Source: an uncultured Gammaproteobacteria bacterium (GTDB taxonomy: Bacteria > Pseudomonadota > Gammaproteobacteria > CAWCPV01). Taken from it: a DNA stretch of 64,000 nt. Positions 1 to 12,400 of the stretch are shown here, in pieces; the stretch's first letter is position 1; every line of letters starts with the position of its first letter. A program made the position numbers and the translations under genes. The notes below the pieces were generated by a model that was given only the letters and a program-made list of their open reading frames with translations, made no database searches and was not told the DNA's origin. The stretch spans positions 96,001 through 160,000 of the forward strand of contig CAWCPV010000003.1 of assembly GCA_963797555.1 (NCBI GenBank), given 5' to 3'.

Positions 1-223
1 ACCGCGGAGCGGAGGCCGACACGCAGTTTGGGCTCTGGGTGCGCGTTTTCGCTCATTGCACGTATCGACCGCGGCGTGCTAAAAGGCCAGAATGCGGATG
101 TCGAGCGTTGGAGGCGGCTAAGGAAGGTGGGCAAAGCTTGACCCGAGCCGCGCTGGTCCGTGCACGGCCGCCGGGGTCCATCTCTAGCCATTGCAGTGTG
201 TTCCAGGATTGGGAGGCTTTCTT

Positions 224-784
224 ATGAACAACGCGTGTCGTCTTGTCATCGGTAGCGTCATGCTTGCCGTTGCAACCCACTGTCTGGCCGCGGACGACAA
301 GGACACCTACAGCCAACAGAATATCTTGCAGGCGATCAACGACTTTTTCGGCAAGACCACGGAGGGGCTCGCCAAGGTCGTGGAGAAGGCTTTCCAGGAA
401 CAGGGGCGCCCCGATGCCTATATCAAGGGTGAGGACATCGGGGTCGCCATCACCGTAGGTGTACGTTACGGCGACGGCGAGCTTCACATGAAGCGCGGCG
501 GCGCCCGCAAGCTGTATTGGCAGGGTCCTTCCATCGGACTGGACTTGGGAGTCGCCGCATCCAAGGTTTTTATCCTCATCTATCACCTTCCGCGGGTCGA
601 TGCCATCTTTCAGCGTTTCCCCGGAGTAGACGGCAGCCTGTTCTATGTCGGCGGTGTGGGCATGACCTATCTGCGAAGCAGAGGTGTCACGCTGGCGCCG
701 ATCAGGCTGGGGGCGGGCCTGCGCATCGGCGCCAGCGTAGGGTACATGGACTTTACGCGCACGAAGTCGTGGAACCCATTTTGA
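224..784 (+). CDS. DUF1134 / EipA-like exported protein
   Basis: Signal-peptide-like N-terminus. Motifs GRPDAYIKGED, GVRYGDG, YWQGPSIG, RFPGVDGS and C-terminal WNPF. ATG at 224 follows GGGAGG. Confidence 0.8.
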   Translation: MNNACRLVIGSVMLAVATHCLAADDKDTYSQQNILQAINDFFGKTTEGLAKVVEKAFQEQGRPDAYIKGEDIGVAITVGVRYGDGELHMKRGGARKLYWQGPSIGLDLGVAASKVFILIYHLPRVDAIFQRFPGVDGSLFYVGGVGMTYLRSRGVTLAPIRLGAGLRIGASVGYMDFTRTKSWNPF

Positions 785-906
785 AGCGGCGTTCTGCACA
801 CGACTGACCCGCATCCGGCCGCGGCCGACAGCCCGACGCTCGGCAGCCGACGGGAGAGCGGGGTGCGCCGGCGGCGTCCTGGCGGCAGCCCCGGGCGCGT
901 TGCGGC

Positions 907-1722
907 TCAGGGTACATGCACCTGCGCCATCTCATTCAGTATGGTGCGGGTGCGCTCGGCAAGATAGGTAGAATCGAGATGTCGTTCGTAATATCGCGGA
1001 TTGGGGAGCATGACTGCCAGACGAGCCGCCTGCCAGGGCGTCAGGTCGGCGGCATTCGTCCGAAAGTAATGGCCCGCGGCCGCCTCTGCCCCGAACAGGA
1101 GGTCGCCCCACTCGACGACGTTCAGGTAGATCTCCAGGATCCGTCGCTTGGACAAGGCCGCCTCCAGCATGATCGTCGCGAGGGCTTCCTGAGCCTTCCG
1201 CCAAATCGAACGCTTTGCGCTCAGGAACAGGTTCTTGGCAAGCTGCTGGGTAATGGTCGAGCCGCCGGCGACGATGCGGCCTCGCCGCACATTTTTTTCC
1301 AGGGCGGTATGGATGCCTTCCCAGTCGAAGCCGGAGTGCCGCAGGAAGCCGCTGTCTTCACTCGCCACCACCGCCCTCTTCAGGTGGATCGAGATGTGCG
1401 AGTATGCAACCCACTGGCGTTGCACGGTTGCCGCGGGCCGGGCGGCGCGCGCCTCCCGCGTGCGCTCATCCATGAATGCCGTCAGCGTCGGGTTGTGACC
1501 CGCCCACCAGAGCGCGTGACCGAGCACGAGCAGCTCATATCCGAGAAGGGCCCCCAGGAAGAGCAGCAGCGCCAAGCGCGCCCACGTCCGTGCGACGCGG
1601 CGTCTACCGCGCAGGGCTCGATGGCGTCGCCGCGGGGCAGAGATGTCTCTCCGCCTTGCAGAAGATCGTGATTCGCGCAGCGTGCTCGCCTCTGCGTTCG
1701 GGCCGTCGACGACGGCCAGCAT
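907..1722 (-). CDS. mtgA: Monofunctional peptidoglycan transglycosylase
   Basis: GT51 motifs ASEDSGF, GGSTITQQLAKNLFL, RKAQE, KRRILEIYLN. N-terminal TM helix; no transpeptidase domain. Confidence 0.92.
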   Translation of the reverse strand: MLAVVDGPNAEASTLRESRSSARRRDISAPRRRHRALRGRRRVARTWARLALLLFLGALLGYELLVLGHALWWAGHNPTLTAFMDERTREARAARPAATVQRQWVAYSHISIHLKRAVVASEDSGFLRHSGFDWEGIHTALEKNVRRGRIVAGGSTITQQLAKNLFLSAKRSIWRKAQEALATIMLEAALSKRRILEIYLNVVEWGDLLFGAEAAAGHYFRTNAADLTPWQAARLAVMLPNPRYYERHLDSTYLAERTRTILNEMAQVHVP

Positions 1723-1876
1723 ACCTCTGCGCCAGTCGGTGCCCGCCTGTCCAGGCTTCCGTCTCTAAAGACCTACACGGTCGACGATGGGTTGGATCTG
1801 GTCGCGGCCCAATCGCCGCGGGCGGAGCGACTGGAAGGGAGCGGGCTGCGTAGCGCGCGTCGCGCCGTCATGAGGC

Positions 1877-3589
1877 TCAGGCGGCCGGCGCCGGCAGCGC
1901 CTGCGGGCTGGTCAGCTCCAATGCTTTGTCCTGTTGGCGGCGCATCCATTCCGAGACCTTCTGGTCGCTCACCCCGTGCTCTTTCAGGACGGCTGCAGCC
2001 AGGTCGAGGCCCTTGGGAAAGCTGCGGGTGACTATCGCGCGCATGCCGAGGGCATCGAAGCGCGCCTTCTCCGCGTCGTTCTCGACGGAGACGAAACGAG
2101 TCAGGCGAGGGTAGCGTTCCCGCAGGATGGGCGTCAGCTCGCGGGACAGCTCGTAGCGGGCGATGGTCACCACGACGGTGCTGCGCTCGGCAATCTGCAA
2201 CGTCTCCACGAGGCGCAAATCCCCCAGGTCCCCGAACGCGACCCGATAGCCGTCCGCGTTGGCTCTGATGAAACGCTCGTGCTCCATCTCCACCGCCGTG
2301 TAGGGAATGCCGTGGGATTCCAAGCCGTCGGCGACGCGCCGCCCCACCTCCCCCATGCCGAAGATGACCACTGGCGGCACCTCGCTCGGGCGGGGCGCTT
2401 CAGCGGCCCGGGACACCGCGAGCTCCCGGCTGGCGAGCCAGGTTCCGATGCGGTACCCCAGAGCTGCAAGGGGCGGCGTCAATGCCAGACTGGCCGCCAC
2501 GGTCGTCATGAGGATCGCGGAAAGCTCGTGCCCCAAGACGCCGGTGAGCGCGGGCATGCCGAAGATCACGAAGGCGAACTCGCTGCCCTGGGACAGCAGG
2601 AAACCGAGCTGCACCGCAGCCCGACGGGACATCCCCAACACCCGCGCGGTGATGAACACCAGCACCACCTTGGACGCGATGAGCAAGGCGAGGAGGAGCA
2701 GGACTTGTGCCCACTCCCGCCGCAGGGTCTCGATGTCCAGGGACATCCCCACGGTGATGAAAAAGAAGCCGAGGAGCAGACCCCGGAACGGCTTGACTTC
2801 GGTGCGGATCACGTGCCGGTACGGGGTCTCGGAGATGATCATGCCCCCCAGGAAAGCCCCGAGGGTCAGGGACAGGCCCATGAGTCCCGTCGCGGTGGAC
2901 GCCAGCAGCACGATGAGCAGGGCGGTCGCCGTGAAGACCTCTTCGTTCCGCGACTTGGACAGGGCGTGGAACACGGGTCCGATGAAGAACCGACCCAGCG
3001 CGACCGCGACGACGAAGGCTGCCGCGGCGTGCACCGCGGCGGAGGCGACCGCCATGCCCAGGCCCGCCCCGACGCCTTGCAGGGACGCGGCGAGGATCAG
3101 CAGAAAGATGGCGCAGATGTCCTGGAAGATCAGCACTGCGGTCGCGGTCACCCCGATGGGACAGCTCTGCTGCCCGTAGTCCCCCAGCGTCTGCACTGCC
3201 ACTGCCGTCGAGGATAGAGCCAACGTCGCTCCGAGGACGATGGCCACGGGCGGGGTGAAATGCATTGTCAGGGCGAGTAACGCGAATACCCCGCCGCAGA
3301 GGCCCACCTGCAACGGACCCAGGCCCAGAATGTCGCGCCGCGCATCCCAGAGGTGGCCCAGGGAGAAGTGCACGCCGATGTCGAACAGCAGGAACACCAC
3401 ACCCAGCTCCGCCAGCAACTGTGTGGTCTGACTCTCCTGGACGACGCTCAGTCCGTGGGGGCCGATGGCGACGCCTGCGATCAGGTAGCCGACGATCGGG
3501 CTCAGGCGCGCGGGCCGCGTCAGCAGGATGGCGAGAATCCCCACGACCAGAAGGATGATCGCCGGGGCGAGAGCCTGAACCTTGTCCAT
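1877..3589 (-). CDS. CPA2 cation:proton antiporter (KefB/KefC-like) with KTN/TrkA-N domain
   Basis: Multi-TM N-terminus (AELGVVFLLFDIG, LSSTAV, FQD, LGAFLGG, SQGSEF). C-terminal GMGEVG Rossmann motif. Confidence 0.9.
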   Translation of the reverse strand: MDKVQALAPAIILLVVGILAILLTRPARLSPIVGYLIAGVAIGPHGLSVVQESQTTQLLAELGVVFLLFDIGVHFSLGHLWDARRDILGLGPLQVGLCGGVFALLALTMHFTPPVAIVLGATLALSSTAVAVQTLGDYGQQSCPIGVTATAVLIFQDICAIFLLILAASLQGVGAGLGMAVASAAVHAAAAFVVAVALGRFFIGPVFHALSKSRNEEVFTATALLIVLLASTATGLMGLSLTLGAFLGGMIISETPYRHVIRTEVKPFRGLLLGFFFITVGMSLDIETLRREWAQVLLLLALLIASKVVLVFITARVLGMSRRAAVQLGFLLSQGSEFAFVIFGMPALTGVLGHELSAILMTTVAASLALTPPLAALGYRIGTWLASRELAVSRAAEAPRPSEVPPVVIFGMGEVGRRVADGLESHGIPYTAVEMEHERFIRANADGYRVAFGDLGDLRLVETLQIAERSTVVVTIARYELSRELTPILRERYPRLTRFVSVENDAEKARFDALGMRAIVTRSFPKGLDLAAAVLKEHGVSDQKVSEWMRRQQDKALELTSPQALPAPAA

Positions 3590-3892
3590 GTCAGTTGCCG
3601 GTGAGACGGTGTGCCTGTGGGGAAGCCTATTGTGCCGCCGCCGCTGGAAAATGTCCCGAGCCGGCCGGTCGACGCCGCCATGCCTCGGGGGGTGAGGCGG
3701 TACGAACCCCGGTTCGTTCTCGCCTACCGTGTCCCTGTCTGAGCTTCGCAGCGCCCGAACCGGTCCACCACGCGCGACTCGGTACCTGACCCGGCTAGGC
3801 TCTCCCCGACGGGCGGCCCCTCGCAGGCTGCTGACCCTCGCGCGCTTGCAAGGCCGAATCGAGCCTGAGCGTGAGCGAATCGGCTGCCTGCG

Positions 3893-6665
3893 TTAGACCG
3901 TCTCGATCCGCACGGTTTCCGCGAGACCGAGTTCCTGCAAGATCTGCCGAAGCTCGGCCGCGAGACTTCCTGCGCTGTCGGCGTTGACCGTCACCGAGAA
4001 CTCCAGCCCAATCTTCAGCTCGGAGCCCGACCGCAGCTTCGGAAGGATCTTCGTCCCGAGGCGATTCCAGACCTCCGGAGGCACCGTGCCCGCGAGACGC
4101 AGCGTCTTCGTGTCGGCGACAGGCTGCGGTGGCGGCTCACGCGACCGCGGAGTCAGGTCTTCCGGGCCGCGGTTGGGGCTCGGGCTCCGGTACGCGGCTC
4201 GGGCGGAGCACCCGTCTTGAGCGCTTCCGCCGTCCCCTTCCTCAGCAGGAACACACCGGCCTCGAAGGCGACCTCGTCGGGCGCCACCGGCTCCTGCGAA
4301 CCAGACCCGCTCGTAGCTCCCGTCGGCCTTCGCGCCCGACGCCAGGCCGAAGTCGCCCCGGCTCACGAACTCGACGATCTTGCTCTTCAGGATCGCGTCG
4401 GGATCGACGAGGCGCGTGAGCGAGCCGTTGAGGAAGCTCTGCCGCAGGCTCGCGAGCGGCCACGCCCCGGAATCCTTGAGCGCCGGCGGCCAGTTGCGCT
4501 CGATGTAGCCGGCGCCGACGGACTCGTTGAGCAGCGCCTCGGACTTGAGCGCAGCGATGACCCGGCCGCACAGGGTCTCGCCGCTCGAGGAGTGCCCCGC
4601 GCCGAGGTCGATCACCTTGAGCCCGTCGGCTTCCTGGCCGTCGGCGACGACCGCGAAGCGGTAGTCGCCCCAGACCTCGTCCTTCGCCGCCTCCTCGGCG
4701 TCCTTGACCTTGGACTGGAGCTCCGCCCGGTCGCTCTTGTCGAACTCGCCGCCGAGCGTGCCCTCGGCGACCTCGCGCGCCACGCGCTTCCACGCGAGCA
4801 TCAGCTCGACCTTCTCGCGCAGGTCGCGCCCCGGCTTCTTGAGGCACCAGACGAGCGCGCCCGGATAGAGCCGCGGCGACTTGCCCGCGGCTGCGGGTCC
4901 ACTCGGCGAGCTGCGCGCGCAGCGCAGCCGCCGCCCGACCACTCCACCTCCGGATCGGCCGACGACGAGCGTGAGCCTGGGCGTGTCCGGAATCTCCGCG
5001 CCGTCGCGCGGGAACGGCACGACGGGGATGCTCGCGCCGCGCCGGAACTCGTCCTCGACGAGCTTGCGCATGGCGGGCTTGACCTCGGTCTCCTCGTCGA
5101 GCGACGCGCGCCGGTCGCTCACCACCTTCTTCATCGTCGGCTGGTAGCCGATCCGGAAGCCGTCCGAGCCCGCCTTGCGCACGAAGTAGGAGCGGTCCTC
5201 GAGCGCGAACGCGGCGTTGTCGATGGACGTCGTGTCCAGCTCCGGCTCGCCGAGCGCGAAGCGCAGCTCGGGCAGGTGCGCGACCTTGTCGGTCTGCCCG
5301 CCCGACGACTCGAACAGGATCGCGGTGCCGACGCGCCGGTGGATGTCGCGCAGCGGCCCCTTGGTGTCGGCGTCGAGCGCCTTGCTGTGCGCCTGCTCGC
5401 CGGCGATGTCGGTGTCGATCGCCGCGACGAGGCGCGACTCGCCGAGCTGGCCGAGCACCACGCTGCGGAAGCCGGGCTCCGCCGAGCGGCGCCGAGCCCG
5501 AGCGTGATCAGCGGCTCGGTGCGCGCCTTGCGGAAAGCGTCCTGCGCGGCGATCGAGATCCACTGCGCCAGCATCGCCAGCGTGCCGCGCGTCTGCTGGT
5601 ACTGCGGCAGCGCCTGCCACTTGCGCTGGAAGACCGAGAGCGTCGCCGGATGGAACGGATAGCAGGCCTCGAAGCGGCGCTGCAGGAACTCGCGCGCCTT
5701 GGCCTCGGTCGCGGCCGAGTCCACCGCCGTCCACTCGGGCGGGAGCTGCGCGCGCCGCTCGAAGCACCAGTCGCCGAAGGCCTTGGCGACGTTCTTGCGG
5801 ATCTTCTCGCTGCCGAGGTCCTCGAAGAGCCGCCGCCGGACGACCTCGCTGATCTCGGTCTCGTCGTTGGCGATCAGGTCCTTGGCGACGCGCCGCACCA
5901 CCTTCGAGATCTTGTCCTGCCACTCCTGATCCCACTCGGTCATCTCGACCTGGCTGCGCGGCAGGCTGATCACCGCACGCGCCGTGCGTGGTGCCGGTGG
6001 TGGCGACGGTCAGGTTCTGGATGAAGGCGTGGAAGGACTCGGCGCTCGCCGCGGTGGCGGTTCAGGAAGTTCAGCACCTCGTCGAAGAGCAGGAGCACCG
6101 GCGCGCCCGCCGCCTGCGAAGACGCGCGCGATCGCCTCGGTGCCGGGCGGCGTGGTCTTCGCCGCCGGGCCGAGCGCCTCGACGCCCTTGTCGCCCGCGA
6201 GCTGGCGGGCGATGTCGATCCACGGCGTCTCGCGCCCCGCGCTGCGGGTCCCAGGCATTGCCCACGAACACGGCAACCTTGCGCCTTCGGCACTGACGGC
6301 GACGCCCGCCTCCCGCACCAGATCGGCCACGCCCGGTGTAGCCGGCCGCCGCTTCGCCGTTCGTCGCCAGGTGGTAGAGCGTGGTCAGCGTGTGCGTCTT
6401 GCCGCCGCCGAACTGGGTGATGAGCGTGAGCACCGGCGCGGTGTTCTCGGTCTTGCCCGAGAGCCGGCGCAGCACCATGCCCGCGTGCTCGCGCAGCGCC
6501 CGCGTGAAGCAGGTGCGCGCGAAGAACTGGTCGGGCTTCGCGGTAGTCCTCGGGCGCCGTCCCGGCGACGACCTGCTCGAGGGCGATGGCGAACTCGTCC
6601 GGATTGAACGAGCGGCCTTCGCGGACTTCCTTGCGCGGCGTCGCGACCTTGTACCAGGGCTCCAT
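3893..6665 (-). CDS. DUF499 AAA+ ATPase, split by several frameshifts
   Basis: N-terminus EPWYKVATPRKEVREGRSFNPDEFA, Walker A TQFGGGKTH, Walker B LLLFDEV, YPFHP and QQTRGTL motifs. Spread over ORFs 5970-6665, 6071-6478, 6010-6330, 5131-5973 and 3893-5935. Confidence 0.85.
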
Positions 6666-6677
6666 TCAGCGATCCTC

Positions 6678-7633
6678 CTAGGGTCTCTGCATCCGCGCGA
6701 ACAGCGCCGCCGCCGGGCGCTTCAGCCGCGCGAGGTTCGCGTAGGCCACAGGCTCGAAGCCGCGACTGCCGGCGTACATCCGGTAGCGGATACCGTCGGT
6801 GACGATCACGTCGCGAGGCACGCCGAGCGCCTCCACGTACCCCTTGGCCTGCTCGAGCGCGCCTTCGACGCCCGCGCCCAGGCGCTTCGCCTCGATCACG
6901 AGGTGGCAGTTCTCCGGCGTGCGCGGCAGCGCCCGAAACACCGCCACGTCGATGCGCCGCCACTGAACGGCGATCCGCTCCGGCGGCCAGCCAAGCGCGC
7001 GCAGGAACGGCACCACGAAGTGGGCGATCAGCTCGTCCTCGCTCGGTGCCTCACCGAAGGCCTGCCGGTCCTGAAGCAGCGGCACGAGATCGGCCGCCTG
7101 CGGCGACCAAACCCTGCGAGGACGCCGGGCACCTCGTCGAGCGCCGGCTCTTCGGCTGGAAGCTCAGGCAGCGGGGCTGTCTGCCAGTGAGTCGGTGGCG
7201 ACTTGAGAAACCGCTCCGCGAAGTCCACGCACTTCCTCGTTCCACACCCGCGAGCAGCGCGGCGGGTTGGCGCCGAAGACCGCGCTCGCGAAGGCATGCT
7301 CCTCCGGAAGTCGGCACCACCGCACCCGTCGGGCGTGCTGCAGGTCCCAGCCGTTCACGTCGTCGAAGGCGTTCACGTACTGGTAGTCGCTCGCCACGAG
7401 GCCCACCGCGGCGATCGTCGCGATCCGCGTGCGCAGCAGGACTACGTCTCCAGTCGCGACCTCGCTCGCGAAGCGCCGCACGAAACCGCCCTCGAACTCG
7501 TCGTCGTCGCGCTCGGGCGTCCACGGTCCGGCGTCGCCCGGGCCGATCAGCGCGACGCCGTGCTTCAGCAATACGTCCGCGTAAGCCCGAGACACCGGAC
7601 CGGCCGAGATCTGCCACACCGGGCTGTTTATCT
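6678..7633 (-). CDS. Putative restriction endonuclease: EVE/PUA-like N-domain plus HsdR_N-type PD-(D/E)xK domain (frameshifted; start uncertain)
   Basis: N-part WQISAG..GDVVLLR..VGLVASDYQY..HARRVRW. C-part SEDELIAHFVVPFLRALGW..RIDVAV..VIEAKR..ALEQAKGY..IVTDG. Joined from ORFs 7164-7697, 7028-7297 and 6678-7085. Confidence 0.65.
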
Positions 7634-8256
7634 CACGAAAGCCACGCCGCCGGCGGCCACACCTCGGGGGCCATGCCTGCTGCTGCGGCAAGCGCACCGA
7701 AGGCGGTCACCAGCTTGCGAAAGCTGCGGCACTGCCGGTACGCGCTCTCCAAGTCGAGATGCGCCGTCATTGGGGCCTGATCGACGGTGGCGGAATAGCT
7801 GGAGCCGGACCGCATGCGTCGCTCCAACTCGCCTTTGGCATCGCGAGGCGTCTCCGGATCGGCGTGTGATGCGGCGTCGGGGAGAACGCCGGACATACCG
7901 CGCAGTGTTTCGATGCTCGCGAGAAACCACGATTCGTACTCACGGTTTGCCATTACGACCACGCACGGTATCTGGCCCGCTGCTTCGCGCGCCCACCGTT
8001 CGAGCGTCGGCGCCAACTCTGCGGGGCAATCGTCGTCAGCGTCGAAAAGGACGAGTATCCCCGCGCAATCCTCTCGCAGCGCCGCAAGCTGGACCGCGCT
8101 CTGCAGGGAGTCCTTCTTCACCAACTGTGTGCGCCGTCGGCGGTGCGGCTTGCCGAACTCGAGGCCCCAAACCTGGGCTTCGTCCCGGAGTCGGCGCAGT
8201 AGCAGCGGAACGGCGGACTCATCGCCCTGTCCCTCGACGATCGGCTGGATGATCAT
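7633..8256 (-). CDS. DUF4276-family TOPRIM-like protein
   Basis: IVEGQGD, FDADDD and EYESWFL motifs. Translationally coupled to the upstream ATPase (ATGA overlap at 8253-8256). Confidence 0.75.
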   Translation of the reverse strand: MIIQPIVEGQGDESAVPLLLRRLRDEAQVWGLEFGKPHRRRRTQLVKKDSLQSAVQLAALREDCAGILVLFDADDDCPAELAPTLERWAREAAGQIPCVVVMANREYESWFLASIETLRGMSGVLPDAASHADPETPRDAKGELERRMRSGSSYSATVDQAPMTAHLDLESAYRQCRSFRKLVTAFGALAAAAGMAPEVWPPAAWLS

Positions 8257-9453
8257 GCGAAATCCTCGAACAGGTCACCCTGCCGGAGATTCGCCTGATC
8301 ATCGAACAAGGGCGCCGGGTCGAGCGCGTTCGAGCGCAGCAACTCGCCCGCGCCCATCAGATGATCTTGCAGCGCCTTGCGCGTCGAATCGGACACGGGC
8401 GCGACCCGTGTCGCCCCTTCGGTCCACTCCACGATGCGCAAGTGGCGATCGGTGATCCACTTCGCGTCGAGCAGTTCGGGGCTGTGCGTGGTAATGACGA
8501 CCTGCATATGTTTTGAAGCGTGGCGCAGCAGATCAAGCACCGACTCCAGCGCGCCGGGGTGTATGGTCGCCTCGGGCTCTTCCACCGCGATCAGCGACGG
8601 CACCGGCCTCTGGAACACCGCGGCCAGATAGTCCGATCGCGCGCAGGGTGCCGTCCGACATGCTGAACCCCTCGAACCTCAGGCGCTTCTTCTCGCCCCA
8701 TTCCTGTGTGAACTCGAGCGACAGGTTCTTGCCGTGCTTCTTCACCTGCACGCGTTTCGTGTTCGGAACGATGGTTGCGAGAATGTCCGAGATGCGCTGG
8801 AAATCGCCTTCCGACTGGCGCTCGATCTCCTTGAGCACGCTCGTCACGTTGGCACCGTCGGACTTGAGGCTCGTACCGCTGTCCGGCTCCTGCATCTCGC
8901 GCACCTTGCCGGGTTCGATGGCATACACCCGCATGGCCGCGAGGGTGCGCAGCACCGGTGCGAACTTCGCTTCACCGCCCACCAGCGGCAGACTGAGTGA
9001 GGCGGGGTCGAGCAAGGGATTCATGCCGCCGACGTTGGATGTGAACTTCGTACCGACGCGGTCGAACCACGAGCGGGCACCCTGCTCGAATGCGACCGAA
9101 CACTGCTCTCGCACTACAGAGAAACCGTAGTTCGGCAACGCCTTGACTTCGAACGCGTAAAAACCGGACACGGCCTTTCCATTCATGCGTCCGAAATCGA
9201 CGCGCAAACCGAGATTCGGCGGATAACTCCTGCCGGAGGAACGGTTGCGAATGACCGAGATACCTCCCGCCCTGTCGAATACCGCCTGGAGGGGCGACGC
9301 CATCGCCTCGGCCAAAAAAGAAAATACGCTAACGAGATTGCTCTTGCCCGAGCCATTGCGCCCGACAAATATGGTCGGGTTGTCGAACGTGATGCGCTCT
9401 GAAGGAATGCTACGGAAGCGCTTCACCACCAGTTGCTTAATCGTCGGGTCCAT
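8253..9453 (-). CDS. ABC-type ATPase (AAA_15/AAA_21), one frameshift near 8625
   Basis: FRSI, Walker A GRNGSGKSN, signature MSDGTLR, Walker B IAVEEPE, H-loop ITTHSP. Confidence 0.88.
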
Positions 9454-9458
9454 ATTGC

Positions 9459-12400
9459 TCACCTGGGCACAGCCAATAGCATCGCGTCGAGCAGGCGCTT
9501 CTCCTCGCTGCCCTTCGGATAAAGGGCCGAAAGGGCGTTGGCGAGCCGCAGGAAGTCGGGGCTGCGTTCCTGCTCGGCCTTGAGGAGCGCGCGCAGCGCG
9601 TTGGTGCGCCCGCCGGCCTGGAGCAGCATGGCCGCGTGGACGCGGTCGAGGGTCGTGGCCTCGCGGGCGGCGGTGAGGCTCTCGTCGGAAACCTCGGCGC
9701 CGCGCTCGCTTGCCGCGGCCGCGCGCGCCGCGCCCGCGGACCTGTGGGCGCAGCCTCCAGCTCGGGGAAGAGCAGCCCCTGGAGCGGGTTGCTGCCGAGC
9801 GCCGCCTCCTGTTCGAGACGCGCGGCGACGGCCTGCGCGCCGTCCTCGCCGAAGAGCTGCTTCGCGCGCTCGGCGATCGGCAGCAGGCGCACGACGCCCT
9901 TCTTGGTCTCGATGACGCGGCCTTCCCATTTCGGCAAGCTCGATGCCGAGCGGCTGCGCGAAGCGGCGCACCACGTCGAAGACGAGCGTGAAGCCCTTGG
10001 CCTTGCCGCGGGACGAGCCCTCTTCGTCTTCGTCGTCGTCCGACGGCTCCTCGTCCTCGCCCTCGTCGCCCGCGGCTTCCGCCGCCTCGCCGTTCGTGCT
10101 CTGCAGCGTCCACAGGAAGAGCGCGGTGAGCCGCGCGTCCTCCTCGACGCGCGCCGGCCAGCGCCGTTGCGGGCCTTGGCCTCGGCGGTGCCGAGCACCT
10201 GCGCGAGCGCGCTGCGGCCCACGACCTCCCAGACCTTCTCCAGGTACTCGGCGAGCTCGACCTCGCGCCCCTCGGCGGTCTCGACCTTCGCGTAGCGGCT
10301 GAAGATCTCGAGCGCCGGCCCGATGCAGGCGAAGACGAGGTCGGCGCCGCGCACGCCTTCGCCCTGCAGGCGCTCCATCCAGTCGCCGACGCGGTTCGGC
10401 AGCTCGCGCAGCACGTCCGCCCAGTCGCCGACCGGCGCATCGTCCGGGCGCGGGCGGCAGACGAGGTGGACGCTGGTGGCGAGGGCGGCAGACTCGCGCG
10501 CGCGCAGGCGCGCCGGCCGTCTCGGTTGCGATCGGCCAGAACCCGTGATCGTCCAGCCGCCGCGGATCATGCCGGAGAGAAGCGCCTCCCAGCCCTCGGT
10601 CGTCTTGTGGGCGAAGACGACGGAGCCGACGCCGTCCTCGCGCAGCACACGCCGCCCCTCCGCGAAGGCGCTTCGCCATCGCCATTCAAAGAAGCCTGGT
10701 CCTTCGGCCGGCCGTCGTCGATCTTGACCTCGTCCTGCACCGCCTCCCGCGCTTCGGCGTGAGCGGGTTCGCCGCGTCGAAGGGGTCGCGCAGGAGCGGA
10801 TGGCCCGGAAACGCGCGCTTCAGCCAGACGAAGAAGAAGTCCGAAAGATCGGCGTAGGGAATGGCATCGTAGTACGGCGGGTCGGTGAACCAAACATGCG
10901 CACGCCTCGTCTGGCAGCGGTGAGGCGTCAAGCATCGGCAACCTGCACCTGTCCGCTTCGGTTCACCCTCGGAAGTGCCCGTAGGACGCGAAGAACGTTT
11001 TCGAGCGGCCTCGAAGTTACCCGCCGGCTGCGCGAAGACGGCGCTTCCGCGAAGTCCCAGACGAACGGAATCACCTGGCCCCGTAAACATCGCGGTCGAC
11101 TTGTTTTCCGGACTGCGCCACCAACACAGTGAGCATTGCAGATAGTTGGCGAAACGACCAAGAGCCAACGCCAGATCTCGCGCACTGAGGATCGTCGGAC
11201 GAGACCTTCTCGATGGCGTCGCAAGTGTGAGCATCGCGAGCTTCTGGCGACAGAAAATAGGTCTCCCCATTGAAGCATCCCGTAACGTTGCACGCTGAAA
11301 GCGCGGCCAGCCCCCGAACCGCCGCCAGTCGGCGTGGGCTCATCCGGCACCGGCGAGAGCAGCCAAGTGGCTTCGAAAGGGCCTGTTCGAGCGCCGCTGC
11401 TGCATTTCTCACCGAAAGATAATCGGTGTCATCCGGAGATCTGAAAGATCGACCTTGGTTTCCCTGTCCCTGCGTCGCGACGGCAAGCAACCTCGCTCCG
11501 CCAGCTCTGCGGCCGTCAGCCCCGAACACCACGTCGGCTCCTCCACGCTGGCGGGCGAGCTGGGTCGGCACCCGTGGATTCATCTTGTTGCCGGGCAGGA
11601 CCTTCTTGCAGCAGGGACACACGACGTTCGCGTTGTTCCCAGATGCCTTCTGCCCTCGAGCTTCACGAATCCGTCCCCCGGCATCCTCGCCGCGTGCCCC
11701 GTGGCTACGTGAAGGGCGATCGGCCCACCATGAGGTGCGCATCGACAAGAGCGCAACGCACGGACCGTCGGACGCTTCCTTGAAGTAGCCGCGCGCGCGC
11801 AATTCCACGACGAGAGAGCCAAGGAGAGCGATAGATCGGAATCTCGGCCCCGCAGTCGGGGGCCTCGCAGCGAACAGTCCGTGCCCAGAGATAGGCGATG
11901 GGTTTCCTTCGGGCCGAGCCGTTCGTGTCTCCTTCATAGAAGCTCCCCAGCGCGTGCTCGGCTACCTGGCGAACGCGCCGGCCGGCCTCCTCCACGCGGT
12001 CAAGGAAATCGGGGGCGACCGCGGGATGTCCTCCAGCATCACCTTCAGGATGAACGCCGCAACCGGATTGAGATCACTCGCGAATACCTCGCAGCCGAGC
12101 CGCAACGCCTCCAGGGGAATCGAGCCGCCGCCCGAGAACGGGTCGACGACCAGCGGGGCACGTAGGCGCCGTCAGCGGCCTGGGCTTCACCCGCGCGCGA
12201 TCTCGAAATAGGGGCCGTTGGCGGCTAGGTCAAAGTTGGCGAAGTCGGCGATGAACTTCAGCAGTCCCCGGCGTAGCGCCTCGTCGGCATCGCCCGGCGA
12301 AGCCGAACCTGCCCCAGCAGGCCGCCGGCCTTGATTCTTGAAGACGGTCGGGCAATACGGGTCACAGGGGTCGGGCAGCAGCAGTGCCAGGAGCACTGCC

